A DNA stretch of 64,000 bases from Emiliania huxleyi CCMP1516 (lineage: Eukaryota): NCBI RefSeq assembly GCF_000372725.1, contig NW_005201231.1, positions 182,679 through 246,678 of the forward strand. The letters run 5' to 3'. Under the pieces are notes generated by a model, which worked only from the letters and a program-made list of their open reading frames with translations, was not told the DNA's origin and did no database searches. Below are positions 59,777 through 64,000 of this stretch, one piece after another (the first letter of the stretch is position 1; every line of letters starts with the position of its first letter). The translations under genes were made by a program, and so were the position numbers.

Positions 59777-61231
59777 TCACCCCGAGCCCGAGACACGGAA
59801 GCCTCTCGTCATGTACTTGACGACGCGCCGAGCCTCCTTTTCCAGCGCCTTTTGCACGGCGTACTTCCGCACTTCAACAATGTCGACTACGTCCCTCGCT
59901 GGTCCGTCCCTTGCAGGCTTGAACGCGTGGGGGCCGAGTCGAATCGTCTGGCTCGCGATTGCGTGGGCTGCAATGGAAGGGAGCACAAACTCGTCTCGCA
60001 GATCCTTCGTCACGCGATACGCCACCATCGCAGGGACGATGTCGAAGCCTTCAAGCAGCTCCTCGGCAGCGAGGGACGAGCCGCTCATCGGGTCGCTCGC
60101 CTTGACGTACTGCATCACGTTGATCTTGCACGGAAAGTCCCAGCGAGAGAGCGCGCGCTCGGCGGCCCCGGATGGTCGCCTTGCTTTGAACGTATACGGG
60201 TCGAGCGGGTCGTTTCGCCGGAGGGTCAGGTGCACCACCCTTCTCAGAGAATATGATCTCGCCTTTAGCCACCGGTCCGCAGGCTGGTCGGTCACGAGGG
60301 CTCGCGCCCAGGACCACCTGTCCTGGTCCGACGCCAGTCCCAGGCCCACACATTCTGCGGCCCCCCACTCCCAACCAGCAGCGTCTGCAGCGAAGCGGTG
60401 CAGAGCGCAAATTGCTTCCTGCTTCGAGTATTGGACGAGCCCGTCCTCGTTCTCCATGAGAGAGTAGCCACTGATGTCGCTGCGTTGATCGACACACCAC
60501 TCATCGCCGCAGCCATGCATGTACGCCAACGACGCCTTGCAGTATGGCACGACGGCAGCGAGGACGGCACCAACGCTAGAGCCGGTGACGCTTGCGTCTG
60601 GCTCGACGCTGCCTTCGAGCCAGGGAACCCAAATGTCGACGTCGTCTGGAGCCCACGACGCGTCGATGGCCGCGGGGCACGTTGCAGCGCCATGCTCGCG
60701 CGCAACGCCGTGTCCGCCGCACGCAGCGCCATGCTCCGAGAGGTGCTGATAACGGTGCAGCGCGAAGCTGCCAGCGACGTGCACCAGGTTCTGCACGCGA
60801 GGATCGGCGAGGGGCATGCCCACGGCGCGTGCAGCAACAGCTTTGAGGCCATGCACGAAGGCCCGCTCGTTGAAGGCGCGGAGAGCGAGCTGGTACAGGC
60901 TGGGTGCGGAGTGGAAGCTCGGCTCAACGCGTATGCCAAAGCGGAGCAGCAGGGCACGGAAGAACTCGCCGGTTGGCGCCGACGCCTTGTTCGACTCCAG
61001 CCTGAAGGCCCGGCAGACGGAGCGAAGCGCGAGCAGCTCTCGAGGGCCCCACCACCACACGGCGCCCAGCGGAAGCGAGGTGGAGAGCAAAACCTCCGAT
61101 ACGACATCAGAAAAGGTTGCAGCAGCGCTCTGCTGAGTCTCGCTGGCCTGCCACTCGATCACCTCCATTTCCTCGCGCAGGTCGCGAGCGATCGCCTCGG
61201 CGACGTCCGATCTCGACATGTGTCCCAGCAT
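59777..61231 (-). CDS. Intronless protein with F-box-like segment and Pol-beta-type nucleotidyltransferase-fold domain
   Basis: GPRELLALRSVCRAFR; VHVAGSFAL...WAPDDVDIWV; INVMQY..FDIVPAMVAY..RVVKYMTRGF. Start could be slightly upstream. Confidence 0.62.
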   Translation of the reverse strand: MLGHMSRSDVAEAIARDLREEMEVIEWQASETQQSAAATFSDVVSEVLLSTSLPLGAVWWWGPRELLALRSVCRAFRLESNKASAPTGEFFRALLLRFGIRVEPSFHSAPSLYQLALRAFNERAFVHGLKAVAARAVGMPLADPRVQNLVHVAGSFALHRYQHLSEHGAACGGHGVAREHGAATCPAAIDASWAPDDVDIWVPWLEGSVEPDASVTGSSVGAVLAAVVPYCKASLAYMHGCGDEWCVDQRSDISGYSLMENEDGLVQYSKQEAICALHRFAADAAGWEWGAAECVGLGLASDQDRWSWARALVTDQPADRWLKARSYSLRRVVHLTLRRNDPLDPYTFKARRPSGAAERALSRWDFPCKINVMQYVKASDPMSGSSLAAEELLEGFDIVPAMVAYRVTKDLRDEFVLPSIAAHAIASQTIRLGPHAFKPARDGPARDVVDIVEVRKYAVQKALEKEARRVVKYMTRGFRVSGSG

Positions 61232-62016
61232 CGGCGCGGAGCAGCAGAAAGCGGTCGTCTCTGCGTCCGACCCTTTCGCGCTCTTCTTGAGAGAGAAGAA
61301 ATCACGCTCGAGTTTGGCCAATTTCTTTCAACGTCTTCCGTCAGCTCGCCCCCCTCTCCTCTTGCGCCTGCTCTCCCTCGAGGATGAAAACGGCCTAAAT
61401 TATACCTCAGATACACGAGAAAAATTGCCCCCTCTGGCACCCGGTAAGGCTTCTTTGACACTTGAGGCAAGAAGAAGAGAACGGCTGGTAGTCGACAAGC
61501 TGCCGAGCGCAAATCACTCTGTGTGACACATTTCTTGTTGGCTTCTAAAAATCTCTCTCTCTCTCTCTCTCTTGAGGCCGTACGTGTTGGAGTATACATT
61601 CAAAAGAATTTTTAAACGCACAGCACCAACAAGCGGAATCACAGACAGCTTATTGCGCCGTCGTCTCATAAAGGCCCTCGGGCACGGGCAGCGGCGCTGG
61701 CCACGGAGGACGGGACCTTCCACGGAAGAGCGAGCCAAGGGTGCTCGCCCGCGAAGCTGTCTTCGGCTTCGACACGCGCGAGCACGCTCGTGGCATTCAT
61801 GGCCGTCCGCGGATCGCCGTCCGCTATGTAGCGGCGTGCGAGCGTGAGCAACATCGAAGTCTAGGTCAAAAAGAATTCTTATAAAATACACAAGCCTCTC
61901 TCTCACAGACACAGTTAAAGAGAAAGAATTTAAACAAAAGAAAGAAAGAAAAGAGACAGCTCAAGGGAGGGATGGGAGGACGGCACGCCGCCACCACACA
62001 CACAGATGCACGCCAC

Positions 62017-62833
62017 TCACAGCCCTCTCCGCATCATCTCGCCCTCCAAAATCTCGAGCAACCACGCACGGTCCGCCGCGGGTGGGATCTCGCAGCCAAG
62101 CTTGCGCAGCTTGGCGATGAGATCTCGGACCCCAACCTTGGTATCGATCACGAGGCTGGGGTCCTGCAGCACGAGCAACCCAAACCTAGAAATACGCAGG
62201 CTGTGAGTGTGCACCGAGCAGCACACCGGAATAAGCATTAGTCGGGCGTGAGTAGCGAAACGACAGGAGTGCGCATTCTCAGCATCTTTCCTCCCATACC
62301 CAGCCGACGGGGAGAACCGCTCCGAGCACGAGAGGAGCAGCTCGTGCTTCTTTGTCCGCACAGCGAGGTTGCGCAGCCCGCCTGGCGCGCCCACCGCCTC
62401 GGCGGCCGACATGGCCCGGAGCAGGAGCTGGCAGGCCCCCGGGACATGCCTCGCCGCCTCAGACGGCGAGAGCGTCGACTTGAGCACAGTGCCGTCGCCG
62501 CGAAAAACCTACCAGGTAGGGCCGCCATCCAGCAAAGCTGCTCGGCGGCGGTGAAAGTGGTGCGATGGAGGAGAGGCGCATCTAGAGGCCTCTCACGACC
62601 GTGCCAAGCACGCCGTGGACTGACTGCATCCGGTCGACGGTGGCCTCCATTGCCCGCTCCGATTCACCCGCCCTCTCCACGAGGTCGTTGTGATGCGCTG
62701 CATGCCCATTCTCAGCGGGCCCCACAGCGCTGGTGTGCGCTGTCGCCGCGTCCTCGCCGTGGCTGGGTGCGCCCATCTCGTCTTGCTGTCCAGCCTCGTT
62801 GTGGAAGCCATTCTCATACGCTTCGCTCGTCAT
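62017..62833 (-). CDS. Roadblock/LC7 dynein-light-chain-like protein, multi-exon
   Basis: MEATVDRMQSVHGVLGTVV..GTVLKSTL..LRNLAVRTKKHELLL..LLVLQDP, matching the roadblock consensus. Confidence 0.72.
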
Positions 62834-63035
62834 TGAAATCGCCACCGGCGCAGGCAGCCACCGTCTGTTCGATTCGGGAGGCTGGTGGCGGGCTGGGCGC
62901 GGGGGGGCCGTGGCGAACTCGAGCTCGGCGCGCTTTGGCCGCCCGACCGAACGCTTCGTTACAGTATACTCCACCCCACACACACACAAACAAAACAAAC
63001 ACACAGTGCGGGATACTCCTCTCCTCATAGGTTAG

Positions 63036-63297
63036 AACTAGGAGAGCGCAACCAGTAGGAGGCCCGCGCCTGCCCCCGTGCCGCCGGGTGCAACCTGTCC
63101 TATACGAGAGAGGAATCCCTGGGACCCTGTCGTGTGGGTGAACCCTGCCCAGCCCCCCTCCGTGTCGCGATGCGCTCCCCGCTCCCGTTCCCCTGTGTCC
63201 CTGATCGTCCTTACAAGATCCTGCTCGTGCAGGTGGGGACCCTGTCCTTCTCCCACCCCTCGTTTGGCGTGCCCGTTTTATTTATTTATTTATTTAT
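63036..63297 (+). mobile_element. (TTTA)n-tailed retroposed element with 11-bp TSD TCATAGGTTAG, inserted at the tail of another short element (~63301-63390, minus strand)
   Basis: TSD at 63025-63035 and 63298-63308; 3' part similar to 35844-35945. Confidence 0.78.
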
Positions 63298-63501
63298 TCA
63301 TAGGTTAGGTTAGGTAGAAAGGTGAAGAACAGCCAGGCTCGGACTGGACACCAACGCGGTATGGGTGGACGCTAGACAGATGATGACGACACGCACGAGC
63401 GACACACAGACACAAACAGGCCCGCACGAATTCTTTAAATCCATTTTGGCTTTCCGCCGGGCGCCTCAATTTCGGCCTGAACTCACTCTCTGCCGGCCCC
63501 G

Positions 63502-64000
63502 ATGCCGAAGCGCGCGGCTCCTGCCCTCGACAGACAGCTACCCTCGATGGTCGTGCACGGACGCTACTTACGGCAGCCCGACAAGGGCTCGTACGTGAGG
63601 CCGGCGGTCCCGAGCGGCGAAGCCGTGTCGGTGAGCGAGACTGGCTTCGACGCCGGCGGCCTTCTTGACTGGAGCGTCACTCGCGTCGCCGCCGGCAGGC
63701 TGAGCCGGCAGGACGTGAAGGACCGCGCGCTGCTGATGATCTCCGGCGAGACCATCGCACGGCTGAAGGCGGACGCCGCCAGCCTCCCGTTGCGACAGCC
63801 GCTCGAGCAGAGCAGTCTCCGAGGCGGCAACTTTGCGGAGAACATCTTTGTGAGCGCGGCGGCCGGCGCCGACTCGCCCTGTCCCGACTCGCTCTGCGTG
63901 GGCGACGTGCTCGCCGTCGTCGCGCCGCGCGGCAGCAAGCGCCGCTGCGCGTCGAGTGCCGCAGCCGAGTCGCCAACCCTGCGGCTGCAGGTGAGCTCGC
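63502..64000 (+). CDS. MOSC-domain (YiiM-like) protein, runs off the right edge
   Basis: ATG 63502: ...DRALLMIS...GGNFAENIFV...LCVGDVL...LRLQVSS; absent from the ORF track because no stop codon falls in the window. Confidence 0.7.
   Translation, partial: MPKRAAPALDRQLPSMVVHGRYLRQPDKGSYVRPAVPSGEAVSVSETGFDAGGLLDWSVTRVAAGRLSRQDVKDRALLMISGETIARLKADAASLPLRQPLEQSSLRGGNFAENIFVSAAAGADSPCPDSLCVGDVLAVVAPRGSKRRCASSAAAESPTLRLQVSS

Overview
Very GC-rich eukaryotic genomic DNA with many short GC-AG and GT-AG introns, intronic minisatellites and a 100-N scaffold gap. These features are most consistent with the haptophyte Emiliania (Gephyrocapsa) huxleyi or a relative (inference; no database search was run). 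Host genes include a 5' part of VPS13 with a recent 1.2-kb internal duplication, a GH45-like endoglucanase, MFS, UNC-93 and aromatic-amino-acid transporters, an FAH-family hydrolase, an RBR-like E3 ligase, cytochrome b561, RNase T2, a RING protein, a roadblock/LC7 protein and a MOSC protein. Four loci stand out. (1) A 5'-truncated 5.9-kb non-LTR retrotransposon (13873-19809) bounded by an exact 11-bp target-site duplication; its ORF carries the RT thumb, a chromodomain, RNase H, a Cys/His cluster and a SET-like domain. (2) A telomere-resolvase (protelomerase)-like tyrosine recombinase fragment directly beside an ~850-bp imperfect palindrome (about 11860-13025). (3) A single-pass receptor-like protein with extracellular CUB-like repeats and an intracellular R-S-E ADP-ribosyltransferase, next to an 'empty' duplicate of its own flanks. 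(4) An intronless F-box-like/nucleotidyltransferase-fold gene. Many short retroposed fragments with TSDs and one MITE-like element are also visible. All domain calls come from motif recognition by eye, and exon boundaries are approximate.
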